Positions 40,757-50,764 of a DNA stretch of 64,000 nucleotides are shown here, in pieces (position 1 is the first letter of the stretch; the number at the start of each line of letters is the position of its first letter). Below the pieces are notes generated by a model. It did no database searches. It saw nothing but the letters and a program-made list of their open reading frames with translations, and was not told where the DNA came from. The stretch is from a bacterium. Its GTDB lineage: Bacteria > Zhuqueibacterota > Zhuqueibacteria > Residuimicrobiales > Krinioviventaceae. A program made the position numbers and the translations under genes. The DNA is taken from NCBI GenBank assembly GCA_963693055.1, contig OY843751.1:352001-416000 (forward strand), read 5' to 3'.

Positions 40757-40782
40757 TGAAACATGAAGGAGAACAATCCGTA
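40757..40782 (+). promoter_or_regulatory. ECF-sigma (SigW-like) promoter
   Basis: TGAAAC (40757-62), 16-bp spacer, CGTA (40779-82): exact match to the B. subtilis SigW consensus. Confidence 0.7.
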
Positions 40783-40788
40783 TTGTAT

Positions 40789-40802
40789 CTACCGAACGGT
40801 AG
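40789..40802. promoter_or_regulatory. Candidate TetR operator
   Basis: Palindrome CTACCG-AA-CGGTAG just downstream of the promoter and 25 bp before the TetR start. Confidence 0.7.
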
Positions 40803-40827
40803 GTAAAATAAAAAAAGCAGTATTACA

Positions 40828-41421
40828 ATGCCCAACCCAGAGAATATCGAGAGTGCAAAGAAAAAGATTTTTTTAGCGGCCGCAAAACTTTTTGCGGACA
40901 AGGGTTTTAACGCGGCTTCCATGCGCGAAATTTCAGAAATGTCCGGTTTTTCAAAACCAACAATTTACTATTATTTTGGCAGCAAAGAAGGAATTTATTC
41001 CGAGCTGGTTTCAACCAGCATCCATCAAATTCTTTCAGTTGTCGAACAAGTAAATAATCTAGAGCTACCGATTATTGAAAAGTTGAGAGTGTTTGCCAAA
41101 TTGTATTTTAAACATACAATAGAACACCCTGAATTTGCCCGGTTTACAATCAACTTGAGTTTATCTGCAGAGAATCGGGGTTGCAATGTGCAGGAAATAA
41201 GTAATGTTACAAACGATCAGGATGTGGTAACAGTTTTATTCAAAGAAGGAATAGAAAAAGGTGAGTTGAAAAGTAATATAGACCCGGAAGTCGCGGCCAT
41301 GACCTATGGCGGCGCAATTATGCATTATACATTTTACTATCTTGCCGGTGATAGTGTAAAGCTGGATGATGATCTGGCTGATTCAATTGTAGATATGATA
41401 GTTACCGGTATCGGAGTGTAA
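40828..41421 (+). CDS. TetR/AcrR-family regulator of the RND operon
   Basis: AAKLFADKGFNAASMREISEMSGFSKPTIYYYFGSKEG. Confidence 0.93.
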   Translation: MPNPENIESAKKKIFLAAAKLFADKGFNAASMREISEMSGFSKPTIYYYFGSKEGIYSELVSTSIHQILSVVEQVNNLELPIIEKLRVFAKLYFKHTIEHPEFARFTINLSLSAENRGCNVQEISNVTNDQDVVTVLFKEGIEKGELKSNIDPEVAAMTYGGAIMHYTFYYLAGDSVKLDDDLADSIVDMIVTGIGV

Positions 41422-41440
41422 TACTATATTGGAGGAAACA

Positions 41441-42841
41441 ATGTCTTTTAATTTTAAACGAGCTGTTTCGATTTTTCAGGTTGTTTTGTTACTATCAACC
41501 TTGCTCTATGCTCAAGGGGAAAGGGTATTGACCCTGGAAGAGAGCTTGAAGGAAGCGTTCGATAACAATCCTGATCTGCGTGTGGCAGAAAAAGAATTGG
41601 CCAAAACAGAAGCCGGTGTGTGGGAGGCATATTCAGTGCTGTTACCGCAGGTAAATGGTACTGCCAGTGTTCAGCATGCCTGGGATATCCAGACCAACAC
41701 CATCCCCAACTTTATAAAGTTGATGATGCCCCCGGATATTGGTAATATTCTACCTTCATTTGCAGATATGCCTGATTATATCGATATTGCATTTGGATTG
41801 GAGAATACATTTTACTATGGTGCATCCTTACAGCAGCCCCTGTTTTTGGGCGGTGCGGGTGTTGCCGGTGTAAAAATGGCTAATGCTGCCAAACGTGCTG
41901 CTCAGCAGAATTTGAAATCTGTTAAACAGAACCTGATCTATAATACTGCAGATGCTTTTTATACCTGCTTGCTGGCCAGGGAGTTGGTAAGCGTGCAGGA
42001 AGAAGCGCTGCAACAATCAGAAGCTAATTTTAATGTTGTATCAAAAAAATATGATGTGGGTTCTGCTTCAGGGTTCGACAAGATGCGTGCCGAGGTTGAA
42101 GTGGCTAACCTGAAACCCCAGGTCATTACAGCAAGAAACCAGTACAAAACCGCGTTAACACGTTTACGCACGGTACTGGGTCTGCCGAGAGATGCAAAGA
42201 TTTCTGTGGATGGCGAGCTGAATTTTGTTCAGGATGAGTTTGGTAAAGACCTTGAAGATGTACAGCAGATGGCTTTGCAATACCGTCCCGAGTTGCGTGC
42301 AATTCAGGAACAGGAATATATCACAAAAAAAGGTGTAACTGTTGCACGTAGTAATTTTATGCCCAGAGTTGTATTTCAGAGTGATTATTCATATATGGCC
42401 TATAGAAATGACTGGAATGTGGGAGACGCGGATTTCAGTAAAGGTTTTACATCCAGCATTAGTTTGCAGATCCCATTGTTTACGGGATTTAAAAACAGCA
42501 AGTCGTATCAAAAAGCCAAACTGGATCATCGTATAATGATAGATACGGAAAAGCAGGTTACAGATGGCATTATGGCAGAAGTTGAAGTTGCTTATAATAC
42601 TTTTGGTGAAGCGTTTGAGAAATACACAGCTGCCAGCCAGTCTGTAGATCTTGCTCAGGAAGCTTTACGACTGGCAAACATGATGTACGATGAAGGCGCC
42701 AACACACAACTCGATGTTCTGAATTCACAACTGGCGCTGACCCAGTCTAAATTGAATTATGTAACATCCATATACGATTATCAAATGTCACGTTACCGTT
42801 TGCACAAGGTAACAGGTACTTTACAAGGATTATTAAATTAA
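41441..42841 (+). CDS. TolC-family outer-membrane efflux protein
   Basis: LTLEESLKEAFDNNPDL; coiled-coil repeats; LQIPLFTG; YDEGANTQLDVL. ATG 41441 follows GGAGG. Confidence 0.92.
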   Translation: MSFNFKRAVSIFQVVLLLSTLLYAQGERVLTLEESLKEAFDNNPDLRVAEKELAKTEAGVWEAYSVLLPQVNGTASVQHAWDIQTNTIPNFIKLMMPPDIGNILPSFADMPDYIDIAFGLENTFYYGASLQQPLFLGGAGVAGVKMANAAKRAAQQNLKSVKQNLIYNTADAFYTCLLARELVSVQEEALQQSEANFNVVSKKYDVGSASGFDKMRAEVEVANLKPQVITARNQYKTALTRLRTVLGLPRDAKISVDGELNFVQDEFGKDLEDVQQMALQYRPELRAIQEQEYITKKGVTVARSNFMPRVVFQSDYSYMAYRNDWNVGDADFSKGFTSSISLQIPLFTGFKNSKSYQKAKLDHRIMIDTEKQVTDGIMAEVEVAYNTFGEAFEKYTAASQSVDLAQEALRLANMMYDEGANTQLDVLNSQLALTQSKLNYVTSIYDYQMSRYRLHKVTGTLQGLLN

Positions 42842-42862
42842 TTGATATATAGGAGAGAGGCA

Positions 42863-43984
42863 ATGAAACAAAAAGCAATATTAATTGTGGTTTTATCCAT
42901 GTTTCTGTTAATGGGGTGTGCTTCTAAAAAACAGGAAACAACTGTAGAAACAGCTACCCCCGTTCGTGTTGCATCAATTGCTAAAGGCGAACTGGTCCAG
43001 AGTATAGAATTTAATGGCGATATAGCAGCAGAAGTTGAAGTCAAAGTCTTTTCAAAGATCCCCAACAACCGCATTGAAAAATTTCATGTGGAAGAAGGCG
43101 ATTATATTGAAAAAGGTCAATCCATAGCAACAATCAAGGCGCCGGCTGTAACACATGGTCTGGAGCAGGCAAGAGCCTCTTTAGCTGCTGTTAAGGCCCA
43201 ACTGGAAAACGTCAAGATGGAATACGAACGTGCAGAACGTCTTTACAATGAAAACGCAATGAGTAAACAACAGTATGACCAGGTAAAAACCCAGTACGAA
43301 TCTACACAGGCCCAGCTTGAGCAAATCCAGGCCGCAGTGCGAACAGCAGAAAGCAGTTATGAAGATGCTTCTGTTGAAGCACCTATCTCGGGAATTATTG
43401 GTGTGCGTTATTATGAAGCCGGCGATATGATCAATATGACACAACCGCTGGTGAGCATTGTGCAGATGAAAAAAGTCAAGATCACGTTTGACGCCACTGA
43501 AGAAGATCTGGGTAAATTGTCTGTAGGACAAAAAGCTGAAATTACCGTCAAAAGTTATCCCGATACTACATTTGTTGGTAAAGTTGTCAAGATCAGCCCA
43601 GTACTTGACCCACTGACCCGTATGGCAGACGTGGAAGTATTGATAAATAATCCCGATTATTTACTCAAACCCGGTATGTTTGGACGTCTCAAAGTTATTA
43701 CTGGTATTTTGTCTGATGTTATAGTTGTTCCCAGATATGCCACTATAGAAAATACAACATTGGAACGCAAAGAAGGTAAAGATGTTGTTGTGAAAAATTA
43801 TTATGTTTTTGTCGCAGCCGATTCAGTTGCCCAGCAACGCAAACTCGATATAGAGTATGTGAACCATGTGAATATTGCCGTTAAAGGTGGTGTGCAAGTT
43901 GGCGAAGGACTGATTGTGCAGGGACAAAAGAATTTAAAGAATGGTGCTAAAATCACTTACGGTAAGGAAGGTGGTGATTTATGA
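42863..43984 (+). CDS. RND efflux periplasmic adaptor (MFP)
   Basis: LLMGC lipobox; VEEGDYIEKGQ; VEAPISGII; LLKPGMFG. Start ATG 42863 follows AGGAGAGAGG. Confidence 0.92.
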   Translation: MKQKAILIVVLSMFLLMGCASKKQETTVETATPVRVASIAKGELVQSIEFNGDIAAEVEVKVFSKIPNNRIEKFHVEEGDYIEKGQSIATIKAPAVTHGLEQARASLAAVKAQLENVKMEYERAERLYNENAMSKQQYDQVKTQYESTQAQLEQIQAAVRTAESSYEDASVEAPISGIIGVRYYEAGDMINMTQPLVSIVQMKKVKITFDATEEDLGKLSVGQKAEITVKSYPDTTFVGKVVKISPVLDPLTRMADVEVLINNPDYLLKPGMFGRLKVITGILSDVIVVPRYATIENTTLERKEGKDVVVKNYYVFVAADSVAQQRKLDIEYVNHVNIAVKGGVQVGEGLIVQGQKNLKNGAKITYGKEGGDL

Positions 43985-46900
43985 AAATAACCGAGATGTC
44001 GGTCAAGCGCGGAGTAACATTCGCAATGATCTATCTCATTGCGGTGTTTTTCGGTTTGTTTTCGCTTGCTCGTTTGAAACTTGATTTATATCCAAAGATG
44101 GAATTTCCGATAATTGCGATTATCACTCAATATACCGGTGTAGGTCCTTTTGACCTTGAAACCGTAGTTACACGCCCAATCGAAGAAACGGTTGCATCTG
44201 TTGAAAACGTTGAAAGTGTTACCTCAACCACTTCACAGGGTTTGTCAGTCATTAATATTGAGTTTGACTGGGGAACCGATATGGACCAGGCAGAGATTGA
44301 TGTTCGCAACAGTATGGAATGGGTTGATGATATGTTGCCGGATGATGTGACAGATCCGTTGATATTTTCATTTGATCCTTCAACGCAACCTGTATTATAT
44401 CTTACTGTTAATTCAGACCTCCATGGTATGGCGGAATTGCGTAAGATTTCCGAGCATGAAATAGAACCCCGGATAGAGCGTATACCGGGTGTTGCATCCG
44501 CATTTACCAATGGCGGTATGGAACGGGAGATTAAAATTCAGGTTGATCCTGCTCGTCTTCGGGCACACAATATGGCGATTGAGCAAGTGTCAAATGCTTT
44601 ACGAGCCAATAACCTGCAGGTTGCTTCCGGTTGGATCGAAAACGATAAACAGGAATTTTCCATTGAAACAGCAGGTGAGTACAAGAGTATAGATGAAATA
44701 GAAAATACAAATATTATGACCATTGACAATACGGTGATCAGGGTGCGAGATGTTGCAACCGTTGTTGATGGGTTCAAAGAACAACGTCAGCGCATTTGGA
44801 ATGATGGACATCCTGCGGTTATGTTGATGGTACAAAAACAATCAGACGCGAACACAGTAACAACGGCCAAAGAGGTTTTAGCTCAACTGGATAACATTGA
44901 AAAAGAATTACCGGAAGGTGTGCAGATTGGTATCATGATGGATTTGTCCAGTTTTATTGTGCGGTCCATGTCAAATTTAGGTTGGACAGCTATTCAGGCA
45001 ATTGTTCTGGCCTTTCTGGTCTTGTTGCTCTTTTTGCGCAACTTTGCCAGTTCGCTGGTGGTCGCGATTTCAATACCGGTTTCAATGGTTGTAACCTTTG
45101 CGGTTATGGACCAGGCTGACTTGACGTTGAATGTGATCTCTATGGCGGGTCTTGCTTTGGCGGTCGGGTTGCTTGTGGACAACTCTATTGTTGTGTTGGA
45201 AAGCATATTCCGATACCGGGAGCAGGGTATGGAGCCGCGTGAGGCTGCGATCAAGGGTGCGCAGGAAGTGGCAATGGCGATTACAGCTTCTACATTGACA
45301 ACACTCTCTGTATTTGTACCGGTACTTTTTGTACCCGGCCTTGCGGGAGAATTGTTCAATGAGATGGTAATTACTATATGTTTTTCTCTTGCAGTATCAT
45401 TGGTTGTAGCGTTAACATTGATCCCGCTAATGTCATCACGTTTGCTGAAATTGGTCAAATTCCAAAAAAACAATAATGCGGGAGCAGTTGAAAAAAATAG
45501 TAAATTTTTAAAGATAATTGATTATTACAAGTCCCGTCTGAATTGGTCAATACATCATAGGAAAATTGTACTATGGAGTACATTTATAATATTTGTTCTG
45601 TTTATTGTGTTGTTGTCTACCCGAGGTGGTGAATTTCTACCCGAAGGTGACGATGGTTTTATGACAATCACTGTGGACCGGTCACCGGGTACAAGTCTGG
45701 ATGATATGGAAAATACAATGCGCCAGGTTACAGCTATACTCGAGAGTGAAATACCGGAAGCGGAAATGATTTATAGCAACTTTGGCCAGGGTGAAGGTAT
45801 TATGGCCCTTTTCTCTTCACAGACATCTGCCGAAGGTGATATTACAATACGTTTGCCGAAAATAACAGACCGTGACCGTTCGGTCTTTGATATCCAGGAA
45901 GCTCTACGCGATACTTTGAAATCAATTCCTGATGCGGATGTTTCTTTTGCTGACCGAGGTGAAGCAGCTATGTTTGGTAATGCTGCGGATATTGTGGTTA
46001 AAGTCATAGGGCACGATTTAGATGTTGCAGAAGCACTTGCCAATGATATTATTGCCGAGGTCAAAGATATTGAAGGTATTGTTGATGTTGAATCCAGTGT
46101 GCGTGAAGCTAAACCCGAGTTAAAGGTAAATCTGGACCGTCAGCGTATAGCCGATCTGGGCCTAAGTACCGCTCAAGTCGGCAGTGCAGTGAGCACCAGT
46201 ATTTTGGGCACTGTGGTGACCCAGTACCGTGAACAAGGTGATGAGTATGATGTGAGAGTGCAGTTTGATAAAGAGCATCGTGCTGAAAAGCAGGATATAG
46301 AAAATATCCTGATCATGACCCCATTTGGACGTCAGGTACCACTCCGTTCCATTGCGGATATTGAATACGATACAGCTCCGCAGGATATAACCCGTGAAGA
46401 TCAGGAGCGTTATATTAGTGTAAACATTGATGTAGCTAACCGAGATTTACGTACCGTAACCAAAGATGTTCAGGTAGCTGTTGATAAAGTACCGGTGCCT
46501 AATGATTTCAGGCTTGAACTGGGTGGTACAGCCGAAGATATGCAGGAATCATTCATGTATCTGGGTTTGGCAATGTTGGTGGCGATCTTGTTAACTTATA
46601 TGGTAATGGCGTCGCAGTTTGAAAGTTTTGTGGACCCGTTCATTATCATGTTCACCATCCCCTTGTCGCTTATTGGTGTGTCTTTGGGTTTGATTGTGAC
46701 CAACACAACCCTGAGTGTTATGGCGCTGATTGGTGTCATTATGCTGGTAGGTATTGTTGTGAATAACGGTATTGTGCTTGTGGATTATATAAACCAACTT
46801 CGTGATCGTGGTATGGAATTGTATGGTGCTATTCTTGAAGCTGGTTCAGTTCGTATGCGTCCGGTGTTAATGACCGCATTGACCACAATCCTGGCAATGC

Positions 46901-47103
46901 TGCCTATGGCATTGGGACTTGGTGAGAGTGGTGAATCCTGGGCGCCTATGGCACGTTCAGTAATGGGCGGTATGGCTGTGGCAACATTATTAACGCTGGT
47001 TATTGTACCGGTTATATATGCATCGGTTGAAGAGTCAAACGCAAAGCGAAAGGCCAAACGCAAAGCTCGAAAAGAGGCCAAATTATATATGCCCAAAGCG
47101 TAA
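43981..47103 (+). CDS. RND efflux permease (AcrB/AcrD/AcrF family)
   Basis: 1040 aa; GLLVDNSIVVLESI; ASTLTT; GIVVNNGIVLVD; RMRPVLMTALTT. Confidence 0.96.
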   Translation: MKITEMSVKRGVTFAMIYLIAVFFGLFSLARLKLDLYPKMEFPIIAIITQYTGVGPFDLETVVTRPIEETVASVENVESVTSTTSQGLSVINIEFDWGTDMDQAEIDVRNSMEWVDDMLPDDVTDPLIFSFDPSTQPVLYLTVNSDLHGMAELRKISEHEIEPRIERIPGVASAFTNGGMEREIKIQVDPARLRAHNMAIEQVSNALRANNLQVASGWIENDKQEFSIETAGEYKSIDEIENTNIMTIDNTVIRVRDVATVVDGFKEQRQRIWNDGHPAVMLMVQKQSDANTVTTAKEVLAQLDNIEKELPEGVQIGIMMDLSSFIVRSMSNLGWTAIQAIVLAFLVLLLFLRNFASSLVVAISIPVSMVVTFAVMDQADLTLNVISMAGLALAVGLLVDNSIVVLESIFRYREQGMEPREAAIKGAQEVAMAITASTLTTLSVFVPVLFVPGLAGELFNEMVITICFSLAVSLVVALTLIPLMSSRLLKLVKFQKNNNAGAVEKNSKFLKIIDYYKSRLNWSIHHRKIVLWSTFIIFVLFIVLLSTRGGEFLPEGDDGFMTITVDRSPGTSLDDMENTMRQVTAILESEIPEAEMIYSNFGQGEGIMALFSSQTSAEGDITIRLPKITDRDRSVFDIQEALRDTLKSIPDADVSFADRGEAAMFGNAADIVVKVIGHDLDVAEALANDIIAEVKDIEGIVDVESSVREAKPELKVNLDRQRIADLGLSTAQVGSAVSTSILGTVVTQYREQGDEYDVRVQFDKEHRAEKQDIENILIMTPFGRQVPLRSIADIEYDTAPQDITREDQERYISVNIDVANRDLRTVTKDVQVAVDKVPVPNDFRLELGGTAEDMQESFMYLGLAMLVAILLTYMVMASQFESFVDPFIIMFTIPLSLIGVSLGLIVTNTTLSVMALIGVIMLVGIVVNNGIVLVDYINQLRDRGMELYGAILEAGSVRMRPVLMTALTTILAMLPMALGLGESGESWAPMARSVMGGMAVATLLTLVIVPVIYASVEESNAKRKAKRKARKEAKLYMPKA

Positions 47104-47109
47104 TTTTCA

Positions 47110-47138
47110 AGCCCTGGAATTTTCCAGGGCTTTTTTTT
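47110..47138 (+). terminator. Intrinsic terminator
   Basis: AGCCCTGGAA-TT-TTCCAGGGCT followed by a T-run. Confidence 0.88.
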
Positions 47139-47141
47139 GCC

Positions 47142-47167
47142 TGTAACCTTTTTGGCAATTTTTCGTA
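47142..47167 (+). promoter_or_regulatory. ECF-sigma promoter
   Basis: TGTAAC-N16-CGTA directly after the terminator and before the AAGGAGG SD. Confidence 0.65.
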
Positions 47168-47182
47168 AACCCAAAAAAGGAG

Positions 47183-47980
47183 GTGCAGGTTATGCGTATA
47201 AAATTTTGGATTGTTTTTATGAGTTTAGCGCTGGCAGTGCAGGGATTTGCCGCCAGTGTTGAACGAGAGTTTGAACGGGAATATGATTTTAACCAAGATG
47301 GTATCGTAAATGTGAAAAATGTAAATGGCGAGCTTGTAGTAAAATCCTGGAACGATGACAAGGTCAGGATCTATGCCGAGATCAAGGTGAAAAGCGGCAG
47401 CCATAGAAAAGCAGAAGACTTTATGGACAAGGTCAAGATTGAGGTTAAACGACATGGGGACGAAATATCCATTGAACCGGATTATCCCAAACGTGATGAT
47501 GGTGGATTTATGGATATGTTGTTCGGCAATAAAAAGCCGTCTGTAACCGTGGACTTTACCATCTCTGTACCTCGTGAAGCTACAGTCAATGCACGTTCTG
47601 TGAATGGTGCTGTCAAAGTTACAGATATTGGCGGACTAGCAGAACTCAAAACGGTGAATGGCGGCATTACGGCCAAAGGTATGGGCAATTCAGTTAGTGC
47701 GAATACTACAAACGGCGGGATCAGTGTAGAGATTGACGAGTCTTTAATTCGTCAGGAAATGGATTTTCATACGGTGAATGGCAGTATCAAACTTTATCTC
47801 AGAGATGATATAGACGCATATTTTAATTTATCTACTGTTAACGGCAGTATACGGACTGATTTCCCCATCAGGATGTCAGGGGATATTGATACCAAGCAGA
47901 TACAAGGCAAGATAAATAACGGCGGTCCCGAGATCAAAATGAAAACCGTAAACGGCAGTATCTCTATTCGGGAATTGTAA
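47183..47980 (+). CDS. DUF4097-family beta-strand repeat protein
   Basis: Signal peptide; repeated (T/S)VNG motifs (NVNGEL, SVNGAV, TVNGGI, TVNGSI). Probable ATG 47192. Confidence 0.88.
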   Translation: MQVMRIKFWIVFMSLALAVQGFAASVEREFEREYDFNQDGIVNVKNVNGELVVKSWNDDKVRIYAEIKVKSGSHRKAEDFMDKVKIEVKRHGDEISIEPDYPKRDDGGFMDMLFGNKKPSVTVDFTISVPREATVNARSVNGAVKVTDIGGLAELKTVNGGITAKGMGNSVSANTTNGGISVEIDESLIRQEMDFHTVNGSIKLYLRDDIDAYFNLSTVNGSIRTDFPIRMSGDIDTKQIQGKINNGGPEIKMKTVNGSISIREL

Positions 47981-48018
47981 AAGATTTTTTTGTGAATATA
48001 TTTGGGTAATTGATAGAT

Positions 48019-48083
48019 AAAACGGTGCTTCGATAAGTCCTGGTTCCTCTAGGGGCCCAGGACTACTCAGCAACCGGTTTTTT
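48019..48083. repeat. REP-like structured element (CGGTGCTTCGATA...CTCAGCAACCGG) with an inserted hairpin
   Basis: Outer arms CGGTGCT / AGCAACCG enclose the inner stem GTCCTGG...CCAGGAC, followed by a T-run. Confidence 0.5.
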
Positions 48084-48309
48084 ATTGAGGCAGCATACTC
48101 TTTTTGGGATTTGGGTCCCATAATTTATGTCTCCCAAAATAGTTATAGTTACATAAATTATGAGGCAACGTCTATATTCCCATTCTCTCATGGTTACTTT
48201 TTTGATGAGTCAATGCGATATAATAAGGAAAAAAGTCTTTGCTTGAATTTTGTATTCGCATATTGTATATTCGAACATATAGAAATGCATTTTAAAATCC
48301 GGAGGACTT

Positions 48310-49761
48310 ATGGCTGTTATTACCGATTTTGAACCCAAACTCGTATGGAAATACTTTGATGAAATACGTCAAGTTCCCAGAGCATCTGGTGATGAAAAAC
48401 GTATTTCCGATTATCTGGTTTCTGTTGCAAAGAAATTAGGCCTGGAATATGAGCAAGACAAAGAGCTCAACGTACTTATCCGTAAAGGTGCTTCAGCTGG
48501 TTACGAATCTGCACCAACCGTTGTATTGCAATCACATATGGACATGGTTTGCGAAAAAAATTCAGATACGGAATTTGATTTTGATAATGATCCTATCAAA
48601 TTAAAGATAGATGGTGAGTGGCTCAAAGCAGATGGTACCACACTGGGAGCTGATAATGGCATTGGTATGGCAACTGCATTGGCAATCCTTGAGGATGAGA
48701 GCGTAAAACACGGTCCGTTGGAAGCTATTTTTACTGTAGATGAAGAACGCGGACTGGTTGGTGCCATGACCATAAATACCAGCTGGTTAAAAGGCAAAAT
48801 TATGCTGAACCTTGACAGTGAAGATCTGGGTCTGTTCTCCATTGGTTGTGCCGGTGGCAGGGACTCGCATATGACCTTACCACTGAAAAGAGTTGGCGCC
48901 AAAGGCGATCAGCTTGTAGAGATCAAACTGTTTGGGCTGCGTGGAGGCCACTCTGGTGTAGATATCCATGAGGGTCGCGGAAACGCACTCAAGATCATTA
49001 ATCGTTTGCTATTCCAGTTGAACAAAGTGGTACCCCTTGAATTTGTCTGCTATGAAGGTGGAGACAAACATAATGCAATCCCCCGTGAAGCATTTGCACG
49101 GGTTGTGATTAAAAAATCAGAACTTGATAATGTAAAAAAATGGATGGAGACAGCAGTAGACTGTATCCGTAACGAATTTGGTCCGGTTGAGAAAAATATC
49201 CAGTATTCTGTAACCGCATTAGACTCTATTCCTGATGTTATGGATGCCGCTAGTCAGAAAACATTGCTCTCTCTTCTTTTTGCATTGCCACACGGACCTC
49301 TTGCTTATAGCAGAGATATTGCTGGTCTGGTGGAAACATCGAATAATGTAGCATCAATTAAATGTTTCGATAAAGAGGCAAAAATTCACCTTAGCAGCCG
49401 CAGTTCCAATGACTGTGCTTTACAGGCCACTACAGACAAATTGGTTGCAATAGCCGATCTGGCAGGTGCTTCTATTGAACAGCCACAGGGGTATCCGGGT
49501 TGGCAGCCCAATTTGGATTCACCATTGTTAAAGATCACGCTGGACGCATATAAAGAAGTGACCGGTGAAGACGCCAGGTATGAAGTGATACATGCCGGTT
49601 TGGAATGCGGTTTGATTGGAGAAAAATTCCCGGGTATGGACATGATCTCTATTGGTCCTGATCTCAAACATCCGCATTCACCTGATGAATGTGTTCATAT
49701 TGGAACGGTAGATACCTATTATAAACATACATTGAAAATTCTTGAGAAATTGACCGCATAA
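48310..49761 (+). CDS. pepD: Aminoacyl-histidine dipeptidase (M20C)
   Basis: LQSHMDMVCEK; TTLGADNGIG; TVDEERG; NLDSED; GGHSG; HAGLECG; PHSPDE. Confidence 0.95.
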   Translation: MAVITDFEPKLVWKYFDEIRQVPRASGDEKRISDYLVSVAKKLGLEYEQDKELNVLIRKGASAGYESAPTVVLQSHMDMVCEKNSDTEFDFDNDPIKLKIDGEWLKADGTTLGADNGIGMATALAILEDESVKHGPLEAIFTVDEERGLVGAMTINTSWLKGKIMLNLDSEDLGLFSIGCAGGRDSHMTLPLKRVGAKGDQLVEIKLFGLRGGHSGVDIHEGRGNALKIINRLLFQLNKVVPLEFVCYEGGDKHNAIPREAFARVVIKKSELDNVKKWMETAVDCIRNEFGPVEKNIQYSVTALDSIPDVMDAASQKTLLSLLFALPHGPLAYSRDIAGLVETSNNVASIKCFDKEAKIHLSSRSSNDCALQATTDKLVAIADLAGASIEQPQGYPGWQPNLDSPLLKITLDAYKEVTGEDARYEVIHAGLECGLIGEKFPGMDMISIGPDLKHPHSPDECVHIGTVDTYYKHTLKILEKLTA

Positions 49762-49789
49762 AAAATCCGCCTTTTGGCGGATTTTTTTT
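49760..49789 (+). terminator. Intrinsic terminator
   Basis: AAAAAATCCGCC-TTTT-GGCGGATTTTTT. Confidence 0.9.
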
Positions 49790-49912
49790 CGGGGGACCTT
49801 AATAATTATACTGATTTACATTTTTAACGGAATAAATAATACATTCAAGTGTCTTAATAATAGCAAGCTTTACATGCATTTCGGAATGTTTTTAATGATT
49901 TCTTGGGAAAAC

Positions 49913-49938
49913 TGAAACTTTTTTTTCTATTGAACGTC
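49913..49938 (+). promoter_or_regulatory. ECF-sigma (SigW-like) promoter
   Basis: TGAAAC-N16-CGTC upstream of the Yip1 gene. Confidence 0.7.
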
Positions 49939-49984
49939 TTTCATGTTAGCCTGCAACAACAATCTTTTTATGGAGGAAGGAACC

Positions 49985-50710
49985 ATGTCAGAACAACATC
50001 CAGTTATTGATGATACTCCTGTTGCAAAGGAAATGGGTTTTTTGGGGCGTCTTGTAGGTGTGTTTACATCACCAGGAACAGCATTTCAATCTATTGCACA
50101 AAAACCGGGGTGGGTAATTCCTTTGCTGGTTTTAATTGTCTTGAATCTGGGTTACATGTTTGTTGTACAGCCGGTGTTAGTTAAAGAACAACAGCAAAAA
50201 ACCATTCAAAGTCTTGAAGAAAAAAATGTAGACAGTGAACAGCAGGACGCTATATTGGCCCAATCCACCAAGTGGATGAAAGTTATGATGTATCCCAGTG
50301 CGATTATTGGTTCGTTTATTGTAGTACTGATTGCAGCCGGTATCTGGTTGTTTTTCAGCAACATAATGCTGGGTGGTGACGCAAATTACAAGCAAATGTT
50401 AAGTGTGGTTACCTATACCAGTTATATTGGATTTGTGGGGCAGTTGATAAAATTACCAATTAATTTAACGCAGGAAACCATGAATGTACATTTCAGCCTG
50501 GCTACATTCATGTCTGATGATTTGGTAAAAACCTTTTTATACAAGTTTCTAGCGAGTATTGAATTGTTCAATATCTGGACGGTAATTACGATCAGCATTG
50601 GTATTGCAACTGTAGCAAAATTGAATATAAAAAAAGTATGGCCGGTTGTTGCAATTGTGTACCTGGTGTTTTTTGTGGGTTCTGCAGCGCTTGGCAGTAA
50701 ATTTGGTTAA
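49985..50710 (+). CDS. Yip1-family membrane protein (YknW-like)
   Basis: RLVGVFTSPGTAFQSIAQKP; about 5 TM; IELFNIW. ATG 49985 follows GGAGGAAGG. Confidence 0.85.
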   Translation: MSEQHPVIDDTPVAKEMGFLGRLVGVFTSPGTAFQSIAQKPGWVIPLLVLIVLNLGYMFVVQPVLVKEQQQKTIQSLEEKNVDSEQQDAILAQSTKWMKVMMYPSAIIGSFIVVLIAAGIWLFFSNIMLGGDANYKQMLSVVTYTSYIGFVGQLIKLPINLTQETMNVHFSLATFMSDDLVKTFLYKFLASIELFNIWTVITISIGIATVAKLNIKKVWPVVAIVYLVFFVGSAALGSKFG

Positions 50711-50764
50711 AATTGAATTAACATAGAAACAGTAGAAACTCTGAAACAATCATAACAGGATGGT

